A DNA stretch of 62,346 bases, counting the filler, from Nemertoderma westbladi (Eukaryota; Animalia; Xenacoelomorpha), in NCBI GenBank assembly GCA_032718475.1. It is 3 parts of 3 records of this genome, joined end to end, with 100 filler letters (N's around TTAATTAATTAA, not from the genome) between each part and the next. Parts side by side here need not be neighbours in the genome. Positions count along the whole stretch, not along the records: positions 1 to 17,236 come from JAUCBJ010008730.1; positions 17,337 to 43,245 come from JAUCBJ010008631.1; 1 more part is not named here. One strand, given 5' to 3'. The notes beneath the pieces are model-generated. The model was given only the letters and a program-made list of their open reading frames with translations. It was not told the origin of the DNA and ran no database searches. This document shows, piece by piece, positions 13,301 through 27,400 of this stretch. The translations under genes and the position numbers were made by a program. Position 1 is the first letter of the stretch. Each line of letters starts with the position of its first letter.

Positions 13301-14378
13301 GATACATATGTCAATTGCCCTGTAATGACGGTTTACCCATTTGATCATTGGACTGTACGCATTGGCATGGCATTGACCCGAACAAGATCGCCAGCCTATG
13401 GCTGATGAGCCATGGAGTCTGTCACCGATGTGTGGTAGGAGGACACGAGGTTGAAGAGTGTAAGGTGACACCAGTAAGATTCGGTCAAGGCAAAGGTCAA
13501 ACAATGGCGACAAGCACCATAGGAGCGAAGAAAAGGGGAATGGTACTACTGGGGGTGGTACCGGTGAGGGTAATAGGAGAGGGCGGTCGATCAGTTACCA
13601 CCTTGATGCTGGTCGACAGTGGAGCAGCCTTCACATTGGTGGAGAATTGGGTGGCCGAAGAGATAGGGTTACAGACGAGGCCAAGCAGGATGGCGGTAAC
13701 TACAATCTCCAGCAAAGATGAGGTTCTGGAGATGAGGATGGGAAGATGCGAGATATCAGCAATAGCACCGGGATGTGATTATGGGGAGACCATCGACCCC
13801 ATCCAGGTAATAGAATTGATCAACATAAATGCCAGGCGACCAACTAACATCGAGGTCGAACAATACAGATTCCTGGACAACATCGATTTCTCGATACCGG
13901 AGGTGGACGTCAGGAAGGTATCCATCATAGTGGGAATGGACTGCCCGACGGCCCACAAAACTGTACAGACGATCTTCGGGGAGGACAGACAGCGTGATCC
14001 GATGGCAATTCTCACACCATTCGGATGGACGCTAAGCGGCCCAATCAGAACCAAAATTCCATTTAGGATGTCGGAGACATCGGGGTGCATGTTCGCAGGA
14101 ACCATGAGGGAGATGGAAGATGAAGGAGCGGAGGAACAGCTGAAGAGACTGTTAAGACAGTACTTTGAAGGACTGAAGGAGACCGGGGTCGGAACCTCGG
14201 TAGAGGACAAACAGGCAGTACAGAGTGTGAAGGAGACGATGAGGTGCGACGAGGGACGGTACACCATGGGCATGGTGTGGAAACAACCGAAATTACCGTT
14301 GCCTGACAACAAGAGGATGGTACTCACGAGGCTTCGCAAACTGAAGCAAATGCTTAAACGGAGCCCCGAGAAGGATGA
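10370..14378 (+). pseudogene. BEL/Pao copy 1a continued: gag (Asn-rich tract, capsid-like region, Zn knuckle), aspartic protease, start of RT
   Basis: LPPVEPFKFDG, AWRALDREYGHP (Pao gag); CHRCVVGGHEVEEC knuckle; LVDSGA protease; TPFGWTLSG. Region 13912-14378 is highly similar to the reverse complement of about 9900-10369. Confidence 0.88.
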
Positions 14379-17140
14379 TTTTTATTTTATTTTATTTATT
14401 TATTTATTCCAGACAATATATATATATATCAATATAATTATTAATTACATACACGTCATCCATATTCTACACTAGGGCCTAAAATATTAATTACTAAAAG
14501 GAATGCACAAAAATGGTATTATTAACAAATTATCAGTATAACATTGAGGAATCTAACATCGATCTCATTCTTGAACAGTGCTGTGTTCCCAAGGCAACTG
14601 TTGATACTAGATTATTAGTGGTAGCATCAATCCTATTAAATAAATTGATGGATTTATGACGCACATGGATGAAACACGGCAAGCTGTGCACACCAAAAAA
14701 CAGCGACATACTACCGCGTACTGGTAATGAAAATAGCAATCGAGCAGCACTGTTTGTAAGCAACATTGATACGATTATGAACAGAGTGCAAGTAATTATT
14801 GTGCGACCACAAGGCATTGCAATATACCGGAGTTATAAACGACCTAAATAATTGTACCTTAACAGACGTTGAACAGGATTTAAATTTACGCATCAACATG
14901 TTACCTCGAGCATAGATGCCATGTGTGGCCTTCCTAATATCGAAGTCATCGTCTCTGGTGTCATGTATCACGTGACCTAAATAAGTAAATTTAACTGCAC
15001 ATTCAATCTGTTTGCCATATAAGTACATGGGAGGAAACATACAAAATGAGTCCTTAGCTACAAAGTACATAACCTGTGTTTTCTTCATATTGAAAATAAT
15101 ATTATGTAATTGTGAATATTTAAAACAATTCTCAATCAGCCGTTGTAGGCCAATAGCAGAGTTCGATATTAGGCAAATATCATCTGCGTACATTATGTGA
15201 TTGAGTCTAGTCCCATCTAACATACAGCCAACACTTGTATCAACTAAACTGAAACTAAGGTTATCCATATACACATTGAAAAGATATGGTGATAATATTC
15301 CACCCTGTTTTACGCCATTTATCACAGTAAAAGATATTGATTTCGACACGCCCCATTTAACACAAAGCGTTTGGTTGCGGTACCAAAAAACAATTACTCT
15401 TATAATAAACAGGGGTATCTTTCTGTCAATCAATTGCGAAATAAAATATCGTGATCTATCCGATCAAAAGCCTTGCTCGAATCTAGAAAGCAGACATATA
15501 CACTTGAAGAGTTGAGCAAATAAAAATCAATAATTTCCTTTAGTATATACACATAAATCAGTACCACTGCGGCGTTTAAACGAGAATTGATAGTCACTAG
15601 GTAATTAAATAGGATTCAATACGAGAAAATATCACATACTCGAAAACCTTACTTAGTAAAGTCGCAATCGCAACTGGTCTATAATTGGATTTATCACATA
15701 GAGGACCATTTTTATCTTTAATAATGGGAATTATAACGCTATGTATTATACTTTCAGGTATGTACCCATGAACGTTCATAGAACTTAACAGTATCGATAA
15801 AAAAGTATTGAGCCGAATGCTATTGCTGTACACAAAATGCTCAGCAGCAATACCATCTGGTCCAACCGCCTTTCCTAATTTTAAATTTGAGATTGCACAG
15901 CTAATCTCAGATGGGCTGATAATCATATCACTACAATATAATAAATCTTCTAATGAGTTATCTACAAACGACCTGTTGGTTTTACTTTCGTCTGAATTAG
16001 CATCACAACAATTTAAAAGATTACAATATTCCTGCTTAAACATATTACCAATCAACTTCTCACCAACTGCACCTCTAACTACATTTGGTAACGGCACCGC
16101 ACTACTATTTTCTTTTTTAACCGAATTCCAAAAAGTGGAATAATCTTTCTTAATTTCGGCCTCTGCAATTTTATTGCACCGAATTACTTTTTCATTTCTT
16201 TTACATTGACGCAAACAGCGTTTAAAATCGGCCTTTGAAACTAAATAGCGCCTGTGCAGCTCCCCCTGTCGGGGTGATCCTACACCACGCCACATTTTAA
16301 AAATACTTCGACATAAATCATATTTTTCTTTTACAATATCGTTCCATCCTGGAATATTGTGCTTATTAAAACTGTCGCCAGTGAGTTTAACCGGAATAGT
16401 TTTAGCGGCACAATCCAACACAACTTCGGAAATTGAGTCCCAAAAGTTAGACATATCTTGATGGTGGTCCTTACAGTTAGCATTTGTACATTTAACACCA
16501 CTAGGAATAACAATATTACGTAATGAGGCCTCTACACGATTACTGTAGTTCACCAGATTCTCTGGGGTACCTGAACCCCATTGAGGAGAATGCACAGTAC
16601 TTCGTGACTTGGGTGCCTCCTCACAATGAATATAATCCGCTACAATTACGTCTAATGAAAATGTAAACGGCATATGATCATCAATACTGAGATCATAGAG
16701 TATATCAATGTCTTGCACCGATAGTTCTATGCTACTTGAACAAATAACATGGTCCAGCCATGAGGTTGAACCATGAGCTGGACTAACGAATGTGAAACTA
16801 TTTGGTGGTAGTCTCATAACATCCGCTATAGAGAGATTTAATTCTTGACACTATTCAGATAAATCCGTATAAAGGACTTTCCTGGCGATGTGTTAAAATC
16901 CCCACAGATGCAGTACTTTCTAGTTGGTGCTGTATCTATTATCGACTGTATTTTACCAAGATATTCACTATATAAATCACGATTATCTATATGTTGATAC
17001 GGCAAATAAACATTCAGCATCAAAACTTTGGAGCCATCATTTAGATTAATGTAAAAACAGATCAATATATTGTCCTCACGTGGTAAAAATTCAATGCTAT
17101 TAAGACATTGTTGTCTCAACTATGGATGCTATGGTACTAT
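14379..17140 (-). mobile_element. 5'-truncated non-LTR retrotransposon (APE plus RT; RTE-X/Proto2-like, clade uncertain), frameshifted
   Basis: NVYLPY, CGDFN, SWLDHV, DDHMP (APE); IPGWND, NYRPVA, GVKQGGILSP, YADD (RT). (ATAA)n-like tail at about 14379-14408. 6-bp TSD GGATGA at 14373-14378 and 17141-17146, splitting the BEL RT codons for KDEY. Confidence 0.88.
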
Positions 17141-17236
17141 GGATGAGTACATCCATAGGACGATAAAGAATTACGTCGAGAAAGGAAGGGCCGTGGAGTT
17201 GCCGTTCGACGAACCGAACATGGACAGGACCTACTA
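17141..17236 (+). pseudogene. Resumption of BEL/Pao copy 1a RT up to the contig end
   Basis: DEYIHRTIKNYVEKGRAVELPFDEP matches DEYIDKTINKYVEKGWAVELPVDEP in copy 1b. Confidence 0.9.
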
Positions 17237-17336
17237 NNNNNNNNNNNNNNNNNNNNNNNNNNNNNNNNNNNNNNNNNNNNTTAATTAATTAANNNNNNNN
17301 NNNNNNNNNNNNNNNNNNNNNNNNNNNNNNNNNNNN
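17237..17336. other. Artificial contig spacer (44 N + TTAATTAATTAA + 44 N)
   Basis: Seen directly. The linker has stops in all six frames and an identical spacer occurs at 43246. Confidence 0.98.
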
Positions 17337-17399
17337 TAGGCCTACTGACCTACTGGTACCGGTTCTGATTTACCGGTACTTTTCAATCTTATTGCTTAC

Positions 17400-17557
17400 C
17401 GCAAATAAGATCGATAGCTATTATTGTACGCGCTTTTATAGACCTTCAGCAGTTTAACCTGCCGAAATTTATATGTCTTTATTGATAAACTGCCTTTTAT
17501 AAGATGACAAGATTTAATACAAAAACAAACCAAAAACATTAGCCGAAGCCAGTCCAT
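17400..17557 (-). CDS. Possible first coding exon of a secreted host protein
   Basis: ATG at 17557 gives MDWLRLMFLVCFCIKSCHLIKG (signal-peptide-like), open to a consensus donor GCG|GTAAG at 17400/17399. No recognisable homology. Confidence 0.4.
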
Positions 17558-18649
17558 GCGCGTCCAAATGACCCGTTTATAACACCGGGAGACTGGATTC
17601 GTGGGCTTAAATTTATTTGCGGTCAAGCCTACTGTATTATTCGATTGATTACTAATATATAATCTCTGACAAATATTATTCACTTTCGGGAAATATTAGC
17701 AGTTCCTTTTAGGACGTGGCGCTCTACCTATGTAAACAGAGTTATGACTGATACTACACACAACGATATGGCTTAAATTTCAAGCATAGGGCGCATTCTT
17801 TAGGAATGCTTTATTATCAGATCCAAATCACTTTACAATCACGTACGCTACCGGTAACGCACAACACTGCTCACTGATATGCCGACAGTTACTGACTTTG
17901 ATCAGGTATAAAGAGATATGCACTGGACTCAGGTAGTGTCTGTCAAACAACATTAGATTCACTACAAACACAATAATAAAGTCGCAATTGTTGTACATAA
18001 CCCTTCTCTCTAACCTGTAGTGTATCAAGGATATTGGGAAAATGCGGGTTGATTATTGATATTCTTCAACTAATAACATCCAATTATACTGATACAAAAT
18101 TACAAACAGTAAAAGCAGTATGACGGTAGGTTAAGATACAATTAGATTGCAAGTAATGAGATCAATGAATTAAATCGATATGAATCGTTTGTTTGGTAAT
18201 AGCTATGCTTTCTATAATTTAGCCTACTAATGTTCTTATAAAAAGGCAGAAAACATTTCGCTATCTCAACACGGTCTTAAAACACTGATAATAAAGTCTA
18301 AAAAATCATAACCAAAGTCCCGTGACTTTAGCTCTCTTATTTTCCAAGAATCCCGTTCAACACATGTAATCAGCAGTGAGACAGGATAATTTCAGTTCAG
18401 TAGCTCGGGATTGGTCGAAATCAGAACTAACTCAACGCAGGGCTATGGGTAACTGGGGCAACCTTCCCAAGTCGGCTGTCCAATCGAACAGCTCAGATTC
18501 CTCCTAAAGGATTCCAACGCCTTGGAGGGGGGAACTGGTTAGCAAAGAAAACAAATCAGTCATATCCCAGAAAAACCTTTACAGTAGGTTTCAGAGTATT
18601 TTAGCGTATGGGGGAAAAACTGGGTTGCGGGGCGAAGGGCCAGTTACAT

Positions 18650-21600
18650 CCCACAGAAGCTTTTACAGAAGATACTATCCGCCAGACGAAAGACGGACAT
18701 TATGAGGTAGGGATGTTATGGCGTAACCAACGTCCTAAACTTATAAATAATTATCCGCTAGCCTTAAAACGTTTAAAATCAATACGACAACGTTTATTAA
18801 AGGACGAGAAAGCCCATTTACAGTATAATACACAGATGGAGACGTATTTGACGAAAGGGTACGCTATCAGAATGACAAACCCAGAGATTGTGACAGACCA
18901 GACATACTATTTACCACATCACTACGTGAGACACCCTGACAAACCAGACAAAGTACGTGTAGTTAATGACTGCGCGGCTCTCTTTGAGGGAATGTCTCTC
19001 AATACGGAGTTGATGGATGGACCAAACATGAATAATTATCTCATGGGGGTGATTATGCGCTTCCGTCAGCGTCAAGTAGCATTTACTTGTGACGTAGAAG
19101 CCATGTTTCACCAAGTGCGAGCATTAGAGCAAGACAGAGACAGTTTGAGGTTCCTCTGGTACCCGGATGGGGACTTAAGTCAACCACCGGCGACTTACCA
19201 AAGGCAAGTTCGCGTATTCGGTGCCAGAGACAGCCCAAATTGCACGTTGTATGCCCTAAAGCAGACCGCTAGGGATCAGAAACATAAGTATGACCCAGAG
19301 GTAATCCAAGTAGTAGAACGAGACTTTTACGTTGACGATGGATTACAAAGTTGCGACACAGTAGAACATGCTATAACAGTAGCACATCAACTACGGGACT
19401 GTTTAGCAGGCGGAGGTTTTAACCTCACCAAGTTTGCTTCAAATAGTGCCGAATTAGTGAATTCATTCGAAACGACTGAACGTGGGGGTGGTGACATCGA
19501 CTTGGAATTCGAACCACTACCAACGACCAAGGTGTTGGGACTATTTTGGGACCCGAACACAGACAACTTTCGAGTGAAAGTAAGACTGGACGCTCAAGGA
19601 GATTCTCTGACAAAGAGGTCTTGCTTGTCAAAACTGAGTAGACTGTTCGATCCATTAGGTTTTATCAGCCCAATAATACTGCAAGCAAGAATATACATGC
19701 GCAGTATTTGGAAAGATGGACTGACATGGGATGAACCGATCTCATCAGAACAAGTAGACTTATGGAAAACTTGGGAGGCGCAATTATCTTCGCTAGAGGA
19801 TTATTCCATACCCCGGGTATATTTTCCATTACAGACGACATTTCCTGACAACTTAGAATTACATTGTTTTTCCGACGCCAGTGACAACGGCTTTGGAGTG
19901 ACAGCGTATTTGCGCAGACAAGTAGAGACTCAGATGAGTTTGATGTTTCGCTCATTACTTCTAAGGCTAAGACCATGCCTACTAAGTACATGACGACACC
20001 ACGCGCTGAGCTACAAGCCGCAACTCTGTCAACGACAATTGTAAACCTTATACAGACTGAACTACAGTCAAGTTTACAGATATTTTATTGGACTGACGCG
20101 ACGTTAGTTTTATTTTATATAAACAACGACACACTTGAATTTAAGACATTTGTGGCTAACCGTCGTGCAGAAATATTAGATCGTTCAATAAAGGAAGATT
20201 GGCGACATTGTCCCGGACCACAAAATCCACCTGATATTGCGTCGCGAGGAATGATGCCCGAGGAATTCTGTAAACCGGAGAACAAGAAATTCTGGCAACA
20301 TGGACCACAATTCTTGCAAAGAACATCACAACATTGGCCGCCACTATATGATAATAAGTCTAACACTATCCCTAAAGATGCCGAAATTAAAAAGCCAAAG
20401 AAAGGGAAAGCAAAGAAAAGGACGACGGCGAAACTTAAGAAAAAACCAAAAGCGAAATGGAAAGATATAACTTACAAAGTTAAGGCCGGAAGACTTGCGA
20501 GCCTTTCTACACCAGACATATCGCCAAACGGTCAACCAGACGTATCGCCAGACAGTCAACCAGACACGTTACCAGACGATCAACCAGACATTTTGCCAGA
20601 CATGTCACTAGACGTTTCGCCGGATGTTCCGTGAAACATTTTACCAGACATATCACAAGATGTTCTACCAGACATTAGTAACGTACTAACACATAGTAAA
20701 GCCGCAGTTTCCCTATTGGAGCGGCCTTATATTGACAAACTACCAAACTTGACACTCTTGAGTAACCATAAGTACAGTGAAACCTCATGTATTACAGATG
20801 TGGGTAGTACCTATACAAATGTAAATACAGGTGTTACTTTACGCTCAAGAGACATACCAATCTTACAACCTACGGTGAGACCTGGGATTAATATTGGCAG
20901 AAAAATAAGTTTGCTGAAACCCAGCGATCCCATAGAATTTAAACCACCATTAGGGATCGACACACAAAGTACCGACAATCAAGGTAAGAAGACGAAGAAG
21001 GACAAATTACTTGTGGACCCGGACGGATCAACAGTCAACAAGGGAATACTTACCGGCGGACCCGTGGGCCCATCTAGTAAAACAAAACCTTCAAAATTGA
21101 CCATTGACTTACCATTGACAAGGCCTTTGATTCAGTCTCTCGCTCACGTATGTTCAGCATACTTTCATTATATGGGATTCCTCATGAAATTATTGCAGCA
21201 ATCAGATCAGTATACGATGGTTCGACAACATTTGTGTCTACTGTTGACGGTGACACAGAACCATTTGAAGTGTTATGGGGCGTCCTCCAAGGAGACACAC
21301 TTGCACCATTCTTGTTCATTATTGTGGTTGACTATGTTCTACGCATGTCCTTAGATCATTATAATGATGATGGGGTGATGATAACTCCACCTACTGGCTC
21401 CAGAAGTCGAGGAAATCCTGCCAAGTACCTAACTGATCTAGACTTTGCTGATGACTTAGGAGTACTCTCAGAATCATTAGAGGGAGCCCAACGGCTCCTC
21501 AGCTCATTAGAACATGCTGTTTCTAGTGTTGGTCTTTTTATTAACTCCAGAAAGACCAAAATTCTGACAGTTAACTTTGAAAGTCCTCAGCAAGTCTGTG

Positions 21601-23816
21601 ATCGGATGAGCATAAGCTCAAAGGATGGTATGCTTGAGCATGTGGACGACTTCTGTTACCTGGGATCATGGATCCGGAAGTCAGGTGAGGACCTTCGAAT
21701 ACGTAAGGGAAAGGCATGGGCTGGGCAGCCTTGAATAGGCTTTCCAGGATTTGGAAGTCACCGAGAATTAATCGAAAACTTAAGGTCCGATTATTTAGAG
21801 CAGCAGTAGTTCCAGTACTCCTCTACGGGAGTCCATGCTGGGCTCTAACTGCTGAGGACACCAAATCTCTGGATGGCACATTCACAAGAATGCTACGCCG
21901 GGTTCATTGTGTCAAGTACAATGCACACATCTCCAACCAGACACTATATAACATTGGAGGTGTCTCATTGGTTCCCCCAAGCTTGACACTAGAACAAAAT
22001 CGCCTCCGCTTTGCAGGACATTGCTTTCGCCGTGAGGACCAGCCAGTGCATAATCTTGTACTTTGGCAGCCTCATGGAGTGAATAAGCATGGTGGACAGC
22101 CCATGACTTTCTTGAGACGCATCTTAAAGGACACTGGCCTTAAAGATGCGGATGATCTAGCAAATGTCATGGGTGATAGGGAGTTGTGGCGGTGCAATTT
22201 TGTTGACAAGCCGGCACAGCATTCTTAAAAATGCAGCTGCAATGCAGCATGCCGATCCTAGTAGTAGTAGTAGTATTGACTTACCTGATGACGTCATAAA
22301 TACTTACGTCGACCGTATTGTAAATCTGACAGATTCTTGGACAAATGCGTGCCGAAAATTAGCGTGGATTGTACGTTTTGTACAATACGTTAAAGGCAAA
22401 CGCGACTTTACACGTCGACTTACATTGACTGAGATCGACAGATGTGAAATTAAATTAATTCGCCATTACCAATTGCGATATTTCGCACGCGAATTCACAT
22501 CCATAAGTCAAGGTCAACCAATCAAGTCGTCATCAATATTGAGTTGGAGTCCGATAATTTATAATGGCTTAATTTGTCATAATTCTCGGCTTCAAAACAT
22601 AGACTTTAATACTAACTTTAGATACCCAATAATAATACCACAACATCACGAATTACAACGTGCAATGATACTGGACGCACACTTACATCTTAAACACGCT
22701 GGAAGACACCACTGTCTTTCATACTTACGTACAAGATTTGTATTAATTAGACCCAGTAAAGCACTAAGTTCAGTGACACGTATGTGTATTATTTGTAAGA
22801 AGGTACATTCTAGAATAAGTACCCAAGAAATGAGTGAACTTCCACAAGCACGACTACAAGCATTCAGACCACCTTTTACAGAGACTGGAATTGACTGCTT
22901 TGGTCCCATACATACAAAACGTGGACGTATACTAGTAAAACGTTGGGGACTGATTTTCACATGCATGTCCAGTAGGGCAGTTCATATTGAACGAGTGATG
23001 GATCTTTCCACCAACGCTTTTATACTAGCATTGCGGCGATTTATCGCTAGATGCGGACTAGTAAAATGCTTGTACTCAGACCAAGGTACAAACTTTGTTG
23101 GTGCTCGAAATGAAATTGCTAGAGCCTTTAAGAAATTAGATCATGATCAAATCTCAAACGAACTATGTCCTTACAAAATTGTTTGGAAGTTTAATCCTCC
23201 AGATAGTCCATGGAGAGTCGGAGTCTGGGAGAGATTGATAAGATCAATAAAAACAGCCATGGCAAAAGTAATTCCAGTACACCACATCTTGACAGACGAC
23301 CAACTGACCACATTGTTTGTTGAAATCGAGGCAATACTAAATACTAGACCAATAGTATTAGTACCCGATGACAAACAATCCCAGTTTGCTTTAACACCTG
23401 CACACCTGCTAATGCAGGCACCAACTTCATTGATGCCTATTTCTATTCCAATAGAAGGCGATAGCTACGGTAGAAAAGCATGGAAAATCACGCAACTACT
23501 AGCTAACAAATTCTGGGAAATATGGCAAAACCATTATTTGCCCTCTATTTCTGCCAGAACTACTTGGTACAATAACACCCGCGCTTTAAAAGTGGGAGAT
23601 CATGTACTCTTAGCAGAAGTGAATTTAAAAAGACGCTTCTGGATAACTGGTGTTATTTTAGACACACATCCATCTATGGATGGAGTGACAAGAACCGTGA
23701 CGGTATGGACAATTGACGGTCGTACGGTAGACAGACTGACCCAACATCTCGTACTTCTTGAAGAGACTCGTAACGAGTCTGGAGATTACAAGTCTCCAAC
23801 TAATGTTAGTAAATAG
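18650..23816 (+). pseudogene. BEL/Pao family 2 pol: RT, RNase H, long linker, integrase (5'-truncated; one frameshift near 19930, one TGA at 20632, RTE insertion)
   Basis: YLPHH, RVVNDCAA, CDVEAMFHQV, FYVDDGL; LHCFSDAS, TPRAELQAA, NPPDIASRG; HLHLKHAG..CIIC, GIDCFGP, SDQGTNF, GVWERL, LTPAHLL. Removing the RTE restores ...KLTIDLP|DDVINTYVDR. Confidence 0.95.
21114..22274 (+). mobile_element. 5'-truncated RTE family B (copy 2)
   Basis: Near-identical to about 5318-6454, with a (TAG)5 tail. 11-bp TSD ATTGACTTACC at 21103-21113 and 22275-22285. Confidence 0.97.
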
Positions 23817-24480
23817 TAAGGAGTTTACAAATAGATTTCCACGTACCTGTACACCGTAGTAAAGACAGCGGTAGAATTCCATTGTCTTTATATGTGAACA
23901 TTGATGGTAGTACCCTTATGTGTCACATAGGAGCGGGATTTGTAGGTATAAGAAATGGAATTCTTCTTGGAACTCACAATATTGAGACATTTTCGAAATT
24001 TTAGACAATCCATTTGGATTTGAAAAATTTTTAAAATTGATTCTCCAGTGAATGGATTTCAGGGTACAGTCGGGTGGGACTTAACATTAGAGAAACAAGA
24101 GAACGGAAGACTCGCGAGCCTTTCTTAAATTTTAAATTAAATTTTACACGGTCTTGTTTCAACAAGTTACGTCTACCAATAGACTTCCCTATATTACTAA
24201 TTCTTGATTGCCTATTTTCTGATAATAGTTTGGGATCAAAAAGTGAGTCTTTTAGACTCACAGCCAGTTTAGCCCAAATTCGTTTTTATTTCGGCAAAAA
24301 ATTTTAGATAAGAAACAGTGTGTCATTAAAGAAACCCTAGATCTTAGGCTATGGGTAGGAGGTTAGAGCATTGTCGAGCCAAAAGGGCAGACGAAAAAAC
24401 CCTCAAATCTCCTCACAACTAACAATAAACTCTGTTGTATTCCCTCTAGTAGCAATGATTATGGTACCATACTTCTAATA

Positions 24481-27400
24481 ATGGCAAAAGGGATACATGG
24501 AGAGCCGAGATGGGGATATGATATCCAAGAGGAAGCAGCAGCGCCATTCGAACGATTTGGAGCTAAAGACTACACCATATTTGGTATAAAGGAATTGTCA
24601 GAAAGTACAGCAAAACTCGCAAAGACTAAATATGACTCGACGGTATTAAAGAGAAGGCAGAATGCGTTAAATGAAAGAATCGAAAGTTTACGTAAAACCT
24701 TCAACGAACTTTATCCGTACGATGCTTTATGTGATACGGGAGATATCAGTGAAGACCCCGATACCGAAATAAGTCGTTTGTATCATACCATGCAATACCT
24801 GAAGGCGCATGAACCTATGCCTGCGGTACGCGATGAATTCGATGGAATACATCTTTATAGACGAACTCGAGGAGATGATAGAGAAACGAAGGAAGCCTTT
24901 TCAGTTTACAAACTTTATTATCAATGTGGTGCTTGTATGCGCGAACAACAAAAGGCGATTCCGATGCGTTTGAATAAGGAAAATCCCGAACAGATATTGG
25001 TGAGGTGTTCGAACCATCAACAACTACGCTACCAGGAAGGAGGGTATCCTTTATCGAATCCGTATCACTCATTTGCTATGTGTGGACCAAATGCGGGAGA
25101 AATTGTCGTTTGCCCACCTAAGATTGTTGAACCCGATGCATTTGAACTTACGCTGGAAGAGGTGACTCAGTCAACACGCGAAAAGAAAGAAGCTCTTAGC
25201 CTATACAGAGCCTATAAGGCTTTCGAGGAAGGTGAGATGGAAGAATGGGGCGGAAGACTCGCGAGCCTACCTTACCATTGGACGTCACACGATCAAACTT
25301 CAGCTAAGGAGATGACGCCGGAAATTTTCGAAAGTATAAACTTTGCCCAAAACGTTATTCAGAGGCTACAGATTGCATCCCCGGAAAGGACAAGAGAAAT
25401 GCAACCGCGTAGTACTTCGACCACGAAACCATTGAGTATGACACTCAATTACCCTATTAGTATACCAGTCCGAGAAGATACGACGTACGAAATACCTATT
25501 GTGGATCATCCGGAAATCATTTCAAACTTAGAGTTTCTTCCTGCAGTTGTTCTAAGCGATATGGTTAAGATATATGATTTACGTAGACATATTACGCAAA
25601 AGGTCGTGCATAATGTTCCGCCTCATATTCAAGACTTTAGGGAACTGGATAGAGCTGGCGCTGATATAGCTCCGAGCAACCTAAAAGGATATTTAACCAG
25701 GACAATTCGCTTATGGATCGAAACAGGAACCTTTGAATCGGATACAGACATCGCCACGAATTGGCAAGGTAAAGTTATTCGTTTCGAGGATGAAAAGGAC
25801 ATAGAGAAGATTTGGCAACCTTCGGAAGAGTTAATGGACGAATGGAACAGGACACTTAGATCGTTTCAAGAAAATGGTTACATGTTTTATGACAACGAGG
25901 GCGGCAGCCATCAACAGAGTCTGACCTCCAAGTCTATACAAATTAGAACGGCAGACGGAGTTTTGCACGTCTTTAGTAGACAACGGAGCGACAAACGAAT
26001 GCCGATACCTCCAGGAAACACTAAGCGACACCACCTGATTACTAATATAGTAAAGAAGATGGACCAAGCCTGCAACATCGACGCCAGAATGTTACCGAAG
26101 ATGGTGAGAAATATCATTTTAGATAAAACCGTTGTAAAGATTGGATCAGGAGTGAGAGAGGATTTAATTAGCGACTTCGCCGGCATGTCAGACAGTGACG
26201 ACCGATTACCGACACCTTACGTCGACACTCGACCTCTTATACTGTGGTCTATAGAACAAGGATATTTCTGTGAGTATGACACTCAAAAGACTGGAACTGG
26301 ATACATTTCCTACCTGTTGTTCAATTGGGACTACAAGGAAAGTAAAAGAACCAAGTATATCGAAACGTATGGAGAAGGTGATACTCCGGATATAAATGAG
26401 TTTGAATCACAGCTTAAATGGAGAGGATGCGTATATTGGGCTATCACTTCGCCTCCAAGAGCGGTACTACAATATTATTTAGCGATAGAGTCATCAGTAA
26501 ATGTTTGCTTAGTCGCCGACATTGTGTCTCGGACTCTTAAAAGACATCCACTTTGTCTTGGAGAAGGACATACGTTCTACGAGGAAGGGAGAATTCATAC
26601 CGACGTGTTTAGACGATTTCTCGAACCCTTCTACAATTCCGATGCTCAGTGCAATGCCTTTACTTGAGCAGGATTTAGTATATTTCGAGACGTGTATCTT
26701 CGCTGTGCGGGATCTCTTATCGAAAGACCATCTATGTTTACATTGTTACCTTATGAAGGAGAACGTATCGTCGAGGTTACCGATGAATCACGGCAGACGC
26801 GCGCGCCTATTGGTCACTTAGGTTATGATTTCGAAGTAACGACGACCATTGATGATCCTCTAGAGGAACTTCTTGAGATTGAAAGGAACCTCCCGAAGAA
26901 ATCTCAGACGGAGATTCGACAACTAGAAGCAACAGATGCTGTAGTTTGCATACCCACCTTCTGAAACATACCAACCTGCAGATCCAGACGATTATGACTA
27001 TAGTGTGGGAGGAAGTGCTCAACCAATTGGAGACCTTATATATGAGCGAGTGTGGTACCCTGCTAACACTATGTGTGGTAAATGTGGCATCGCTGGACAT
27101 CATTCGACGAAATGTAGTGGAAAACACATTACTACGACTCAACTGATTTGTGGATGGTGTGGAGATCAAGGGTCCCATACATTTTATACTTGCTGGAGAT
27201 TTATGGCTCAATGCACATATTGCAATATAAAGGGACATCGAGCATCTGAATTTCAATTACGAGACATACCTTACGAACACGAATCTGTAAAACTCGTGAG
27301 AAAACTATTTGATGATTGGGAAGATTTAGCTGACGAACATGTATCGGCGCAAAGAAGACAATTCCCGATGAGAGCGCATCTTGGGTTTTGGGCGGTAAAT

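Noticed and set aside
17281-17292. TTAATTAATTAA palindrome as a biological site
   Set aside because: Centred in N runs and repeated at 43290-43301; an artificial linker.
22164-22274. N-terminus of the 550-aa ORF as a novel RTE-integrase fusion
   Set aside because: Chance read-through from the RTE 3' end and tail; removing the insertion restores the BEL pol frame.
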